A DNA stretch of 62,982 bases, the filler included. It is 5 parts of 5 records of this genome, joined end to end, with 100 filler letters (N's around TTAATTAATTAA, not from the genome) between each part and the next. Parts side by side here need not be neighbours in the genome. Positions count along the whole stretch, not along the records: positions 1 to 15,413 come from SRR2962707_3160; positions 15,514 to 27,451 come from SRR2962707_3162; 3 more parts are not named here. One strand, given 5' to 3'. The notes below the pieces were generated by a model that had not been told where the DNA came from, made no database searches, and saw only the letters and a program-made list of their open reading frames with translations. This document shows positions 9,772 through 20,056 of this stretch, one piece after another. A program made the translations under genes and the position numbers. Within the stretch, counting starts at the first letter, position 1, and each line of letters begins with the position of its first letter.

Positions 9772-12561
9772 TCACACGTTTTGCGCGCGTTCGATCCCTT
9801 CTGCAATGGCGAGCCGCAGGCGTTTCTCTAGGCTTTTTTGCTTGCTTTCAGAGTGGTATTTCAGCCCGAACATGTCTTTGACATAGAACGTATCGACCAC
9901 CTGTTCCCCGTAGGTCGCGATAACCGCATTGGCGATATATACGTTCGCCTCGGCCAGGCTGCGCGTCAGATCGTGGAGCAGGCCAGGGCGGTCCCGGGTG
10001 TCGACCTCGATGATCGTGTAGATTTCGGACCCGTCGTTATCAAAGGTGATGTGCGTTGGGACCCTGAACGCTCTTTCGCGCTTTTTGACTTTATCGCGGG
10101 ATTTCAGTTCCTCGCGGGCAAGGATTTCACCCTTGAGCGTTTTCGAAATCATCTGACGCAATCGGGGCAGGCGGGCCGCGTCATAAGGGTTTCCATCAGC
10201 ATCCTGAATCCAGAACGCATCGGTCACATAGCCGTCTTTGGTTGTGTAGCTGCGGGCATCAACCACATTTGCACCGACCAGCGCCAAGGCACCGGCAAGC
10301 CGCGCAAAGATACCGGGGTGATCCGCCATAACGAAACACGCACGGGTGGCATCGCGGTCTTCGTCAGGGTGAAGATCGATGCGGATTTCGCCATCCTCAA
10401 TATCACGCAGCAACTTCGCAAACACCACATGGGCGGTGATGTGCAACCCTTGCCAGTAAGGCGGATAGTGACGGGCGGTTTCGGTCTGCAAATCCTTGCG
10501 CGGCCAATCGGCAAGCGCTGCGCGCAAGGTCTTTTTGGCCTCGTCGCCGCGGTTCGCGCGGTTCAGATCCTCAAGACCGGTTTCCAGCGCTTTTCTGGTC
10601 TGGCGGTACAAGCCGCGGATCAACACGGCCTTCCAGTTGTTCCACGTGTTTGGCCCTACGCCGCGGATGTCACAAACGGTCAGCACACATAGCAGGTCAA
10701 GCCGTTTGACCGTTTGTACCGCTTTGGCGAAATCACGCACGGTACGGGGGTCGGCAATATCACGTTTTTGGGCCATGTCAGACATCAACAGGTGATAGCG
10801 GACCAACCACTCGACGGTGTCGACTTCGGCTTTGTTCAGGCCCAGCCGTGGCGCGATCTTACGGACCATTTGCGCACCAAGGATCGAATGGTCTTCGGGG
10901 CGGCCTTTTGCGATGTCATGCAGCAGCAACGCCACATAGATGACTTTGCGGTTTACGCCACGTTTGAGGATACTCGACGCAACGGGCAGGTCTTCCTCAA
11001 GCTCGCCCTTTTCGATCAGCGCAAGGTTGGTGATGCACTGGATCGTGTGTTCGTCCACGGTATAGCTGTGATACATGTTGAACTGCATCATCGCGACGAT
11101 GTTTTCAAATTCGGGGATAAAGGCGGATAGAACGCCCAGCTCGTTCATGCGGCGCAGCCCGCGTTCGGGGTTGCCGTGCTTGAGCATCAGATCAAGGAAA
11201 ATGCGCTGTGCTTCGGCGTCGTTGCGCATATCGTCGTCGATCAGATTCAAGTTGCGCTGTACCAGCCGCATGGCGTCAGGGTGGATCAACATGCCCGTCC
11301 GCAAAGCTTCCTCGAATATACGCAGCAGGTTCAACTTGTCGGCAATGAACGTAGCATCATCAACAATGGCCAGACGGCCACCGACGACTTTGTAGCCGTT
11401 TCGCATCTTGGGGCGACGGCGAAATATACGCTCCAGCAGGGGTTCTGCTTTAATGTGGATGCTTTCCAGCTTGGTCAGGAAAATGCGCGTCAGCTCGCCC
11501 ACCTGGGTGGCGTGGCGGAAATAGGCCTGCATGAACACTTCGACGCCGCGCCTGCCGCCTGTATCCGTGTATCCCATCGCCTCGGCAACGGCGACCTGCA
11601 TGTCAAAGGTCAGCTGCTCTGTCGCGCGGCCTGACAGCAAATGGAGATGCCCGCGTACCGCCCAAAGAAAGTTCTCGGCGGCGACAAAGGTTTTGAATTC
11701 CTCTTCGAGAAAGATGCCGCGATCCACCAGATCGGCAGCGGTTTCGACACCATAGATACGCTTGGCGATCCAGAACAGCGATTGCAGATCGCGCAGGCCA
11801 CCCTTTGCTTCTTTCACGTTCGGTTCAACCTGGTAGCGCAGCCCCTGTTTGCGGTGGCGCAGGGTACGCTCTTCCAGCTTCGCCTCGATAAAGTTGCGCC
11901 CCGACCCCGAGAAAAGATCGGTTTTCAACGTCTCGTCCAGCTCGGCTGCCAGCTCAAGATTGCCGGCGATAAACCGATGTTCCAGCAGGGCGGTCTGGAT
12001 TGTGAAATCTTCCGACCCAAGGCGTATGCAATCGCGGATGGTCCGGGTGGAATGGCCGACCTTCAGCTTTAGATCCCACAACATATAAAGCATGGATTCG
12101 ATCACGCTTTCGGTCCAGGCGGTCGCTTTGTAGGGGATCAAAAACAGCAGATCAACGTCCGAGAACGGGGCCATTTCGCCCCTGCCATAGCCGCCAACGC
12201 CAATCACGGCCAGCCGTTCACCCGACGTGGGGTTTGGTTTCGGGTGCAATCGCTGAACCGCAATCTGCAACGTGCTGCGCACCAGCTGATCGGTCAGGAA
12301 ACAATATGCGGATGTCATGGCGCGGGCGTCGAACGGGGTCGCGGCAAAGGCGCGCGCGATTTCGGCGCGGCCTGCTTTTTGCGCATCACCCAAGATGCGC
12401 ACAGCGGCAGCCCGCACTTCGCTGCTGTCTGTTACGCCCTCGAACGCGGCAGTCAGGGCGTCTGAAATCCCATCTTCATCGAATATCAACTCGGGCGCGC
12501 TGATCAGGTGAAGCGCGGTTGCTTCACCTGTCTCAGCTTGTGCAACTAATGGTTTGACCAC
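9772..12561 (-). CDS. glnD: [Protein-PII] uridylyltransferase
   Basis: VGGYGRGEMAPFSDVDL, GGLRD, HD domain (YTVDEHT..LLHDIAKG), two ACT domains. Confidence 0.98.
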   Translation of the reverse strand: MVKPLVAQAETGEATALHLISAPELIFDEDGISDALTAAFEGVTDSSEVRAAAVRILGDAQKAGRAEIARAFAATPFDARAMTSAYCFLTDQLVRSTLQIAVQRLHPKPNPTSGERLAVIGVGGYGRGEMAPFSDVDLLFLIPYKATAWTESVIESMLYMLWDLKLKVGHSTRTIRDCIRLGSEDFTIQTALLEHRFIAGNLELAAELDETLKTDLFSGSGRNFIEAKLEERTLRHRKQGLRYQVEPNVKEAKGGLRDLQSLFWIAKRIYGVETAADLVDRGIFLEEEFKTFVAAENFLWAVRGHLHLLSGRATEQLTFDMQVAVAEAMGYTDTGGRRGVEVFMQAYFRHATQVGELTRIFLTKLESIHIKAEPLLERIFRRRPKMRNGYKVVGGRLAIVDDATFIADKLNLLRIFEEALRTGMLIHPDAMRLVQRNLNLIDDDMRNDAEAQRIFLDLMLKHGNPERGLRRMNELGVLSAFIPEFENIVAMMQFNMYHSYTVDEHTIQCITNLALIEKGELEEDLPVASSILKRGVNRKVIYVALLLHDIAKGRPEDHSILGAQMVRKIAPRLGLNKAEVDTVEWLVRYHLLMSDMAQKRDIADPRTVRDFAKAVQTVKRLDLLCVLTVCDIRGVGPNTWNNWKAVLIRGLYRQTRKALETGLEDLNRANRGDEAKKTLRAALADWPRKDLQTETARHYPPYWQGLHITAHVVFAKLLRDIEDGEIRIDLHPDEDRDATRACFVMADHPGIFARLAGALALVGANVVDARSYTTKDGYVTDAFWIQDADGNPYDAARLPRLRQMISKTLKGEILAREELKSRDKVKKRERAFRVPTHITFDNDGSEIYTIIEVDTRDRPGLLHDLTRSLAEANVYIANAVIATYGEQVVDTFYVKDMFGLKYHSESKQKSLEKRLRLAIAEGIERAQNV

Positions 12562-12571
12562 TTAGTATCCT

Positions 12572-13756
12572 TTAAAAACCGGCACCGCCGAACCCTTTGG
12601 GTGCGGGATCAATGATCACAACGGCATTATTGCGAACCGTTGCAATTGCCAGACCATGTTCGGTTGTACCATCAGCATGGAAGCGGAACACACCACTGGC
12701 CCCGCGGAAGCCCGCGCCTTGGGTCAAGCGTGCAGCCGATAGCGCATCTGAGTGACCGGATTTGACCAAAGCGCCGACAGCCGCGATGCCATCAAATGCC
12801 AGACCTGCAATCGGGTTTGGCAGTGATCCATAGGCTGCACTGTAGCGCTGCGAGAATGCCGTCGATGCCGATGGGTCAGGCAGCGCAAACCAACCGCCCT
12901 GAACGCCGGGCAGTGCCAATGTCTGGGCCGGAATATCCCAGCGGGTCAGTCCGATGTATTGGGTTGTTGACACGGGCAGGCCTGCTTCGGGCAACAACTG
13001 CGTGAACAGCGGCAGCGCGCTGGACGAAGACGAGGTCAGAAAAACCGCATTGGCACCGTTTGCAGTCACCGCAGCCTTAACGCGGGGAACCGCTGCAATA
13101 ACGGCTTCTTGGCTCAGCGAATAATCGACAACGCCCGCTGACGTGGCACCGTTTGCGGCAATGGCCCGTTGGATCGCGTTGCGGCCCACTTGGCCTGCGA
13201 CGTCATCGCCATGCAAGATCAGAATTCTGTCTTTTCCGTTCGCCTTCGCAAAGCGCACCAGCCGGTCTGACGTGTCGCCGAACCCTTGGCCCATCACAAA
13301 GACGTTGCCGCCTGCGATGCTGGAGTTGTTCGAGAACGCAAGAACGTTGACACCTTTTGCGGCGACGGCTTTGCCCGCAGCATTCGCGGCTTCGCCATAA
13401 AGCGGCCCGATAATGATTTGCGCCCCTTCGTTGACGGCCTGTGCCGCAGCCTTAGCTGCCAGATCCGCGTTGCCGCCGGTGCCATAGACGCGCAGATCAA
13501 TCTGCACACCAGACAGGTCACGGATCGCAAGCAGCGCGGCATTTTCAAGGTCTTTCGCAAGCAGATCATCGCTGGCAGAGCCGCCACGCGGGATCAGCAG
13601 CGCAACCGGAACGGGTTTGCTGGCATCCACGCGGGGGCCATTGTTTGACCCCATATTTGTCATTCCTCCCGGCTCGCATGCTGCCAGAACAAATGCCACA
13701 ACGGGCAGGATCAAAAGCCGCAGTGGCTTGCGAAGGGTGTCGAAAACGGCGAACAT
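12572..13756 (-). CDS. Penicillin-binding protein activator-like (PBP1-fold) lipoprotein
   Basis: Lipobox LAAC; VALLIP, IIGPLY, GF.GASG.FRF; divergent from rsmI, as usual for this family. Confidence 0.8.
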   Translation of the reverse strand: MFAVFDTLRKPLRLLILPVVAFVLAACEPGGMTNMGSNNGPRVDASKPVPVALLIPRGGSASDDLLAKDLENAALLAIRDLSGVQIDLRVYGTGGNADLAAKAAAQAVNEGAQIIIGPLYGEAANAAGKAVAAKGVNVLAFSNNSSIAGGNVFVMGQGFGDTSDRLVRFAKANGKDRILILHGDDVAGQVGRNAIQRAIAANGATSAGVVDYSLSQEAVIAAVPRVKAAVTANGANAVFLTSSSSSALPLFTQLLPEAGLPVSTTQYIGLTRWDIPAQTLALPGVQGGWFALPDPSASTAFSQRYSAAYGSLPNPIAGLAFDGIAAVGALVKSGHSDALSAARLTQGAGFRGASGVFRFHADGTTEHGLAIATVRNNAVVIIDPAPKGFGGAGF

Positions 13757-13844
13757 GGCGGGGTCACTCCATTGGTGGCGGGGCGGCGGCAATAGCCCGT
13801 GAATAGATGTTTTAATCATAGTGCGTGCGAAAGGCGGGTCCAGC

Positions 13845-14708
13845 TTGAATTACCAGAAGGTACCGCTTTCAGCGGGGCTTTACTTTGTCGGCGTGCCAAT
13901 TGGAACAGCCCGCGACATTACTTTGCGTGCGCTTGACGTGTTGGCCTCGGCCGATGTTCTGGCGGCCGAAGATACCCGTAGCCTGCGCAGATTGATGGAA
14001 ATACACGGTGTTCCGTTGGACGGGCGCAAGGTGCTTGCGCTGCATGATCATTCAGGCGCAGGCGTGCAGGACAAGCTGTTGGCCGCCATTCGCGAAGGGA
14101 AATCCGTCGCTTACGCGTCCGAGGCGGGTATGCCCCTTATTGCCGATCCGGGGTTCGAGCTGTCCCGCGCTGTGTCGCAGGCTGGATTGATGGTGACCTG
14201 TGCACCGGGGCCGTCAGCGGTGTTGACGGCGCTGGCGTTGGCGGGGTTGCCGACCGACGCATTTTTCTTTGCCGGATTTATGCCAAATGCGAAATCAGCC
14301 CGCCTGACCGCGCTTCAAAAGCTTAAAGACGTCCAAGGGACGTTGGTATTTTACGAATCGCCCAAACGGGTCGGGGCCATGTTGCGTGATGCTGCAAAAG
14401 CGTTGGGCGATGACCGTCCCGCTGCAGTCTGCCGTGAGTTGACGAAAAAATTCGAGGAAATTCGCCGCGGGACATTGGCAGAGCTGCAAGACCATTATGC
14501 TGAAAAGGCACCCAAAGGCGAGATTGTGGTTCTCATCGACCGTGGTCGTTCACAATCTGTTAGCCAGAGTGACCTAACCTCTGATCTGGCATCTGCCTTG
14601 GCGACGATGTCGATGCGGGATGCTGTCGATATGGTGGCACAGGCGCATAACCTGCCGCGCAGGCAAGTATATCAGGCCGCATTGGAACAGGGTAAAGGGA
14701 ACAGTTAA
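13845..14708 (+). CDS. rsmI: 16S rRNA (C1402-2'-O)-methyltransferase
   Basis: GLY.V..PIG, AAEDTR, SEAGMP.IADPG, FYESP, RELTK.FEE; probable TTG start. Confidence 0.95.
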   Translation: MNYQKVPLSAGLYFVGVPIGTARDITLRALDVLASADVLAAEDTRSLRRLMEIHGVPLDGRKVLALHDHSGAGVQDKLLAAIREGKSVAYASEAGMPLIADPGFELSRAVSQAGLMVTCAPGPSAVLTALALAGLPTDAFFFAGFMPNAKSARLTALQKLKDVQGTLVFYESPKRVGAMLRDAAKALGDDRPAAVCRELTKKFEEIRRGTLAELQDHYAEKAPKGEIVVLIDRGRSQSVSQSDLTSDLASALATMSMRDAVDMVAQAHNLPRRQVYQAALEQGKGNS

Positions 14709-14710
14709 TC

Positions 14711-15085
14711 ATGTCTGCGGCAAAGAAAATTCAGGGGTCGGTCAGCTATTATGCGGGTCAGGCCGCTGAAAATGCGGTTGCGCAGGATTACGTGCGTCGC
14801 GGGTTCACCATTGCCCGCGAAAGGTGGCGGGGCAAGCGCGGTGAAATCGACCTGATCATTCGGCATGGCCCCGACCTGATTTTTGTCGAGGTCAAGAAAA
14901 GCAAAAGCTTTGAACGCGCTGCCTTGCGGATAACGCGCCGCCAGATGGACAGAATTTTCGGATCAGCCGAAGAATTCCTTGCCGGTGAGCCGAATGGCGC
15001 ATTGACCAATGTACGATTTGACGTCGCTTTGGTGGATCAAACAGGCGAGCTGCGCATCGTCGAAAACGCCTTTGGCCACGACTGA
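14711..15085 (+). CDS. yraN: YraN family (UPF0102) protein
   Basis: GEIDLI, FVEVK, RFDVA. Confidence 0.92.
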   Translation: MSAAKKIQGSVSYYAGQAAENAVAQDYVRRGFTIARERWRGKRGEIDLIIRHGPDLIFVEVKKSKSFERAALRITRRQMDRIFGSAEEFLAGEPNGALTNVRFDVALVDQTGELRIVENAFGHD

Positions 15086-15143
15086 ACCATTGCACCCCGC
15101 GCCGTGCTGCGTCATCTAATGTTGAACAGTACGGAGATCTGGT

Positions 15144-15413
15144 ATGAAAATCGCCTTTCAAATGGACCCGATCGGGGCCGTTAACATCAACGCTGACAGC
15201 AGCTTTCGCATCGCCGAAGAGGCGCAGGCGCGTGGGCATTCGCTCTTTTATTACGTGCCTGACAACCTTGCGTTTCAAGAGGGCCGGATCACGGCAAAGG
15301 GCCATGATCTGACGGTCCAGCGTGTTCAGGGCGATCACGCAACGCTAGGCCCGCTGCGCGAGGTCGATTTGGCAGATTTCGACGTTGTCTGGCTGCGCCA
15401 AGACCCGCCATTC
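15144..15413 (+). CDS. gshB: Glutathione synthetase, N-terminal fragment truncated by the contig end
   Basis: MKIAFQMDPI...DSS...EAQARGH...LRQDPPF. Confidence 0.95.
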
Positions 15414-15513
15414 NNNNNNNNNNNNNNNNNNNNNNNNNNNNNNNNNNNNNNNNNNNNTTAATTAATTAANNNNNNNNNNNNNNNNNNNNNNNNNNNNNNN
15501 NNNNNNNNNNNNN
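15414..15513. other. Artificial contig spacer
   Basis: 44 N + TTAATTAATTAA (stops in all six frames) + 44 N. Confidence 0.99.
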
Positions 15514-16011
15514 GCCGTAAAGAATCATGATGATGGACGGCGGCAGCAGGGCACCGACCGTCCCGGCGATGGAAACGGTGCTGGTCGCCAGCCCCGGATT
15601 GTACTTTTGGTCAATCATCTCCGGCACGGCAACGCGCCCCATGGCGGCGGAGCAGGCCACGGAGGAACCACACACCGCGGCGAAACCGGTGGTGCCGAAA
15701 ATCGAGGCCACCGCCAGCCCGCCCGGCACCGAGGATAACCAAAGGCGCGCAGCCCTGAACAATCCCTGAGTCAGTTGGGCATGGAAGCAAACGTAGCCAA
15801 GCAATAGAAACATCGGTACCGAACTGAGCACCCAGTTGGCGGAGAATTGGTAAGGGATGAGCCCCAACGATCCCCAGGCAATTCCCCAACCCATCAAATA
15901 CCACAGCCCGCCGAACGAGACTCCGATAAGCGCAATGCCCACCGGCATGCGCAAGGCAATCAGCGCAAACAGCACCACCAAACCACCGAGGCCGATCTGG
16001 ACTTCAGTCAT
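15514..16011 (-). CDS. dctM: TRAP transporter large permease DctM (3' truncated)
   Basis: PMFLL.G, PGGLAVA, FAAVCGSSVA, AGT.G.LLPPS..MILYG. Confidence 0.93.
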
Positions 16012-16583
16012 GCCGACTCTCCCGTGGCGCGAGTAGCATTCGGCCGCGGCACTTCACCAGTGCCCTGCTGTTGTCCGGACGAGACCAGCCCCGATTCGCC
16101 GCCCGTGAGATAGACAACGAACTTGTAGACCAGCATCAGAACCATAAGCCCCAGCCCAATGGGCAGCACAAAGTAGCCCGGCCAGATGATGATGGAGGTG
16201 CCGCCTTCCACCAGTGCGGCCCCCATCTCATAGCGGGTCACGGCTTCCAGCCAGGTTTTCACTGCCATGAAACCCAGGATGATCGCGGACAGCAGGATCA
16301 ACCAATGAGCCAGATGAAATTGGATCCGTTGTGGCAGACGTTCGGTAACCACCTCCACGCTGATGTGGGCGCCCAGCTTTTCCGCGTAAGCCAAAGGCAG
16401 AAAGGCGGCGATGATCATGTAGTAGTTGGACACGTAGGTGATGGTGCCGGGAATGGGTGTTGAAAACAGATAACGCAACAGCACGTCCAGGCTGATGTGG
16501 ATCATCATCAAGGCAATGGCGAGCCCGCCCACCAGCGTCGTCATATCCGTTACCCGGGAAAGGTAACGCCCCAACCGATACAT
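16008..16583 (-). CDS. dctQ: TRAP transporter small permease DctQ
   Basis: DVLLRY, GAHISVE, four TM segments; ATGA overlap with dctM. Confidence 0.9.
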   Translation of the reverse strand: MYRLGRYLSRVTDMTTLVGGLAIALMMIHISLDVLLRYLFSTPIPGTITYVSNYYMIIAAFLPLAYAEKLGAHISVEVVTERLPQRIQFHLAHWLILLSAIILGFMAVKTWLEAVTRYEMGAALVEGGTSIIIWPGYFVLPIGLGLMVLMLVYKFVVYLTGGESGLVSSGQQQGTGEVPRPNATRATGESA

Positions 16584-16632
16584 AGTTTTTCCTCGAGAAC
16601 CGGGAGTGCGAAGTGAAAATCGGCGATAACTT

Positions 16633-17043
16633 TTAATGGCCGGATTCGATGACCACGGTGGCATTGCCCACGGTGGTGGCTTCCCCACGCTGATTGGTGA
16701 TCCTGAGATCCAGGGTAACAGTGTCTCCATCAACGGCGGTCACTTCGCCCACGGTGCTCAGCACGTCACCTACATAGGCCGCACGACGATTGCTGTATCT
16801 GAATGCCGTCAGAGTCCCGTTTTCGCCCAACCATTCGTAGACCATCTGCGTCAACCAGTCACCTTGAAGTGGACCATCGATCAACAATTGCGGATGCCCT
16901 TCGGCTTCCTGGGTGTAGGGCAGATCATAGTGGATGCGGTGAGGATTCCAGATGGCGGCGTTGTACAAGAACAGCTGAACGGTATCCGCACGCCAGGTCC
17001 GCCCCGTAAGTTTCTCGCCGGCTTCAATACGTTTTGTCATCAT
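16633..17043 (-). CDS. MaoC-like hotdog-fold hydratase, catalytic half
   Basis: LFLYNAAIWNPHRIHYD...LLIDGPLQ, resembling the HTD2/itaconyl-CoA/mesaconyl-CoA hydratase motif. Confidence 0.8.
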   Translation of the reverse strand: MMTKRIEAGEKLTGRTWRADTVQLFLYNAAIWNPHRIHYDLPYTQEAEGHPQLLIDGPLQGDWLTQMVYEWLGENGTLTAFRYSNRRAAYVGDVLSTVGEVTAVDGDTVTLDLRITNQRGEATTVGNATVVIESGH

Positions 17044-17048
17044 CGCTG

Positions 17049-17504
17049 TTACCTCGCGATCCGGGTCAGACGTTCCGTGACCACTGGTTCGCCATCACGG
17101 GTTTCAAATCGGTTTTCGAATACCAGGAAAAGCAATGGCCCCTCGGCCCCGGTCTTCTCAAACACCTCGACGAATTTCTGCCGGCAAACCAGGGTATCCC
17201 CGGCGTAAATCTTGCGGTGGATCTGGTATTCACTACCGCCGGCCATGATGCGGTTGAGCGGCAATGGCGGCATCAGGCCGCTGTCCGGTTGGCGGCCGTC
17301 CGGCAGCAGGCGGTCCAGCGGTATCACCGGCATCATTGCCGCGAACAGGTAAAGCAACGGGGCCTCGTCACCATCGAGGTAACGTTCGATCCGCTGGCCG
17401 GTGGCCACGGCGTATTTCTTCAGGTCACCACGGGAGATTTCAAACTCAAAAGGCGGAAGCTCGGCACCGACATGGTTCTTGAGCTCCTCGGTAATCACAG
17501 TCAT
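17049..17504 (-). CDS. MaoC_dehydrat_N (FAS1-like) hotdog subunit
   Basis: EISRGDLKKYA.ATG, PPLPL.R.MAGG, EK.G..GPL.F. Confidence 0.8.
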   Translation of the reverse strand: MTVITEELKNHVGAELPPFEFEISRGDLKKYAVATGQRIERYLDGDEAPLLYLFAAMMPVIPLDRLLPDGRQPDSGLMPPLPLNRIMAGGSEYQIHRKIYAGDTLVCRQKFVEVFEKTGAEGPLLFLVFENRFETRDGEPVVTERLTRIAR

Positions 17505-17558
17505 GACGTACCCCGGTCAGGTTGGTGTAAACCGGGCGGCCAGGCCGCCCGCATCGGA

Positions 17559-18698
17559 TCAGAGGCCGTGCTTGGAGACGTCCACTTTGGAGAAGATCTC
17601 ATTCCAGTACAGGTCAACGAGCTGTTGCTCACTGTCCACGTCCTGGACCAGGCCGGCCCATTTCTCCAACAGTTCACGGAAATCCGCGATCATCTCCTGG
17701 CCTCGACTGACGTTGTACCGTTTTTGATAGTCCGTGGCGATGAAATCCATGTCCTTCTCGATAAAGGCGTTGGTTTTCGCCACCAGTTCCTGGTCGGCAT
17801 GATGAATCTTGACACCACGCTGCTCCGCTTCCGCCAGGATACGGTCTTCGTGCTGGTGGTAGATCCAGGGAATGCCGGCGGTGAACGCGCTGGCGGCACG
17901 CAGCATCAGCGTTCTCTGTTGCGGAGACAGCGACTTCCAGGTGTTGGCATTGATATTGGTACCCGCCACCGGCATGGGACCGCCCGGCACATCCATATTG
18001 ATGTCGGTCACCACATCCGCGAGCCCGAAATTGTGGATCTCCGGAGAAGCCAGAACGATGCAGCCCACGACACCCTGACTCAAGGCTTCGTACATTTCGT
18101 TGGCGGACATGGTCACCGGTGAGGCACCCACCGCCTCGGTCCAGCGGGACCAGTTGGCGGCACCGACCCTAAGACGCATGCCACTGAGATCCGCGGCAGT
18201 TTCCACTGGCCGGTTGCATACCAACCCATAGGAGGAACCACCGGTGCTGCCGGTATACACCTGATTTTGTTTGGCGAATTCCTGATTGCATTCCGGGCAG
18301 TGAAAGAACGTGAACTCGGAGAGTGCGCCCATGAAAACCATGCCTTCCTTGCCGCGCACCTTGTCACCCAGCAAGCTCAGCAACATCGATGATTCCACCG
18401 CCACATTGCTGTGCGGAAACTCGGCGGGGAAATAAGACGTCAGGACAAAACCGATATCCGCCATACCGTCCCGCAAACCGCCGGAGGTCTCCGCGAAATT
18501 CAGCAAGGACATGGGAAAGACCCGGACTTTCAAATCGCCATCGGACAGTTCACTGACGGATTCCGCATATTGTTTGGCCACATCCACGACGAAAGAACTG
18601 GGGGGATGGCCAATGGCATAACGCAACGTTCTCGCCTCGGCGGAGAGCACAGTCACCCCACTGAGTATGGCCAGAGCCATAATCATCAAGCGTTTCAT
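17559..18698 (-). CDS. dctP: TRAP substrate-binding protein DctP
   Basis: Signal peptide; G.ADIG, DLSGMRLR, EMYEALSQGVV. Confidence 0.88.
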   Translation of the reverse strand: MKRLMIMALAILSGVTVLSAEARTLRYAIGHPPSSFVVDVAKQYAESVSELSDGDLKVRVFPMSLLNFAETSGGLRDGMADIGFVLTSYFPAEFPHSNVAVESSMLLSLLGDKVRGKEGMVFMGALSEFTFFHCPECNQEFAKQNQVYTGSTGGSSYGLVCNRPVETAADLSGMRLRVGAANWSRWTEAVGASPVTMSANEMYEALSQGVVGCIVLASPEIHNFGLADVVTDINMDVPGGPMPVAGTNINANTWKSLSPQQRTLMLRAASAFTAGIPWIYHQHEDRILAEAEQRGVKIHHADQELVAKTNAFIEKDMDFIATDYQKRYNVSRGQEMIADFRELLEKWAGLVQDVDSEQQLVDLYWNEIFSKVDVSKHGL

Positions 18699-18740
18699 AG
18701 TGTGTTCACCTTTGTTATTTAATAGTTCATGGTAACGGTG

Positions 18741-19970
18741 TCAGATGACGCCGCTGTTTTTCAGGAACTCAAATTCTTCATCATCCTTGCCAAGCCATTC
18801 CCGATAAATCCGTTCGTTGTGTTCGCCCACTTCCGGAGCCGCCGCGTTCTTCTCGCGAGTGCCGCCGGAAAGCTTCACTGGATTACCGAACACTTGAAAA
18901 TCCACGCCCCGGTATTGCACCGGAATCACCATGTCGCGTAACCGTACATGAGGATCCGCCACCACTTCGTCGATGCTCTTGATGGGTGACAGCGGGAAGC
19001 GCGCACCGGTCATCTCTTCCAATTCCGCTTTGGTATGACGCCCGCACCACTGTTCCACCAGCGGTTTGACCCGGCGTTCATAAACTTCCGGATCAAAACG
19101 CCTGGCCATGGTGTTGATCTCAGGGTCATCGAGGAGGTGTTCATCACCGAAAACGATGCAGGCCTCACGCCAGAATTTGTCGGTATAGGCACCGAAGAAC
19201 ACGTAGCCGTCCTTGCAGGCGTAGCGGCCATAAGGTTTGACGAAAGGATGGCCGTTGCCTTCGGGAACCGTGACCTTGCCGGAGGCGGTGTAAGTCACCA
19301 ACGCGTTCTCGGTGAGCGAAATAATGGAGTCCTGTTGGGAAATATCCACGCATTGGCCTATGCCGGTTTGTTCCGCCTGGCGTAATGCCCCCAGGGTGCC
19401 AATGGCGCCGTACAGGGCCGCACTCAGATCGCCGAGCACGGTGCCCACCCGCATGGGTTCTTCCACCGTACCGTTCATGGACCACAGTCCGCCGGTGGCC
19501 TGGGCGCTGCTGTCGAACGCCGGCCGTGGCGAGTTTGGTCCGGTCTGTCCGAAGCCACTGATACAGGTGAGAATAATGGCGGGATTGGTCTCCGCCAGAA
19601 CGTCGTAGCCCAATCCCAGTTTATCCAGTGTGCCGGGACGGAAGTTCTCGATGACGATGTGGGCCCTGGCCACCATTTGCAGAAAGGTCTCACGGCCTTC
19701 CGCTTTCTTCAGATCCAGACTCACCGCCATTTTGTTTCGGTTGTACTGAGCGAAGAAACCGCTGATCGCCGCGCCATCCTGATCCATCAAAGGCGGGAAT
19801 TCCCTCGTCAGGTCCGGGTCCTGGGGGTGCTCGATCTTGATCACCGTCGCCCCCATGTCAGCCAGTAACATGGCGCAATAGGGACCGGCCACGACCCGGG
19901 TCAGATCGAGGATGACAATGCCCTTGAGCGGACCTTCTGATGCAACGGGAATATCGGTTTGATGGGTCAT
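18741..19970 (-). CDS. Family III CoA-transferase (CaiB/BaiF)
   Basis: LDLTRVVAGPY..MLLADMGA.VIKIE, NRNK, ENFRPG, GFGQTGP, catalytic D in AFD; GGAGG RBS. Confidence 0.95.
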   Translation of the reverse strand: MTHQTDIPVASEGPLKGIVILDLTRVVAGPYCAMLLADMGATVIKIEHPQDPDLTREFPPLMDQDGAAISGFFAQYNRNKMAVSLDLKKAEGRETFLQMVARAHIVIENFRPGTLDKLGLGYDVLAETNPAIILTCISGFGQTGPNSPRPAFDSSAQATGGLWSMNGTVEEPMRVGTVLGDLSAALYGAIGTLGALRQAEQTGIGQCVDISQQDSIISLTENALVTYTASGKVTVPEGNGHPFVKPYGRYACKDGYVFFGAYTDKFWREACIVFGDEHLLDDPEINTMARRFDPEVYERRVKPLVEQWCGRHTKAELEEMTGARFPLSPIKSIDEVVADPHVRLRDMVIPVQYRGVDFQVFGNPVKLSGGTREKNAAAPEVGEHNERIYREWLGKDDEEFEFLKNSGVI

Positions 19971-20056
19971 GGGACCTCCTCGTCTTGTTGTCATTCTGAT
20001 GCTCGCTGGTGGCGCCGCTCATCGGCGCCACCAGCGAGCTGATCATAGACGCTGCC

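Noticed and set aside
15458-15469. TTAATTAATTAA palindrome recurring four times
   Set aside because: Always centred in N runs; it is an artificial six-frame-stop linker
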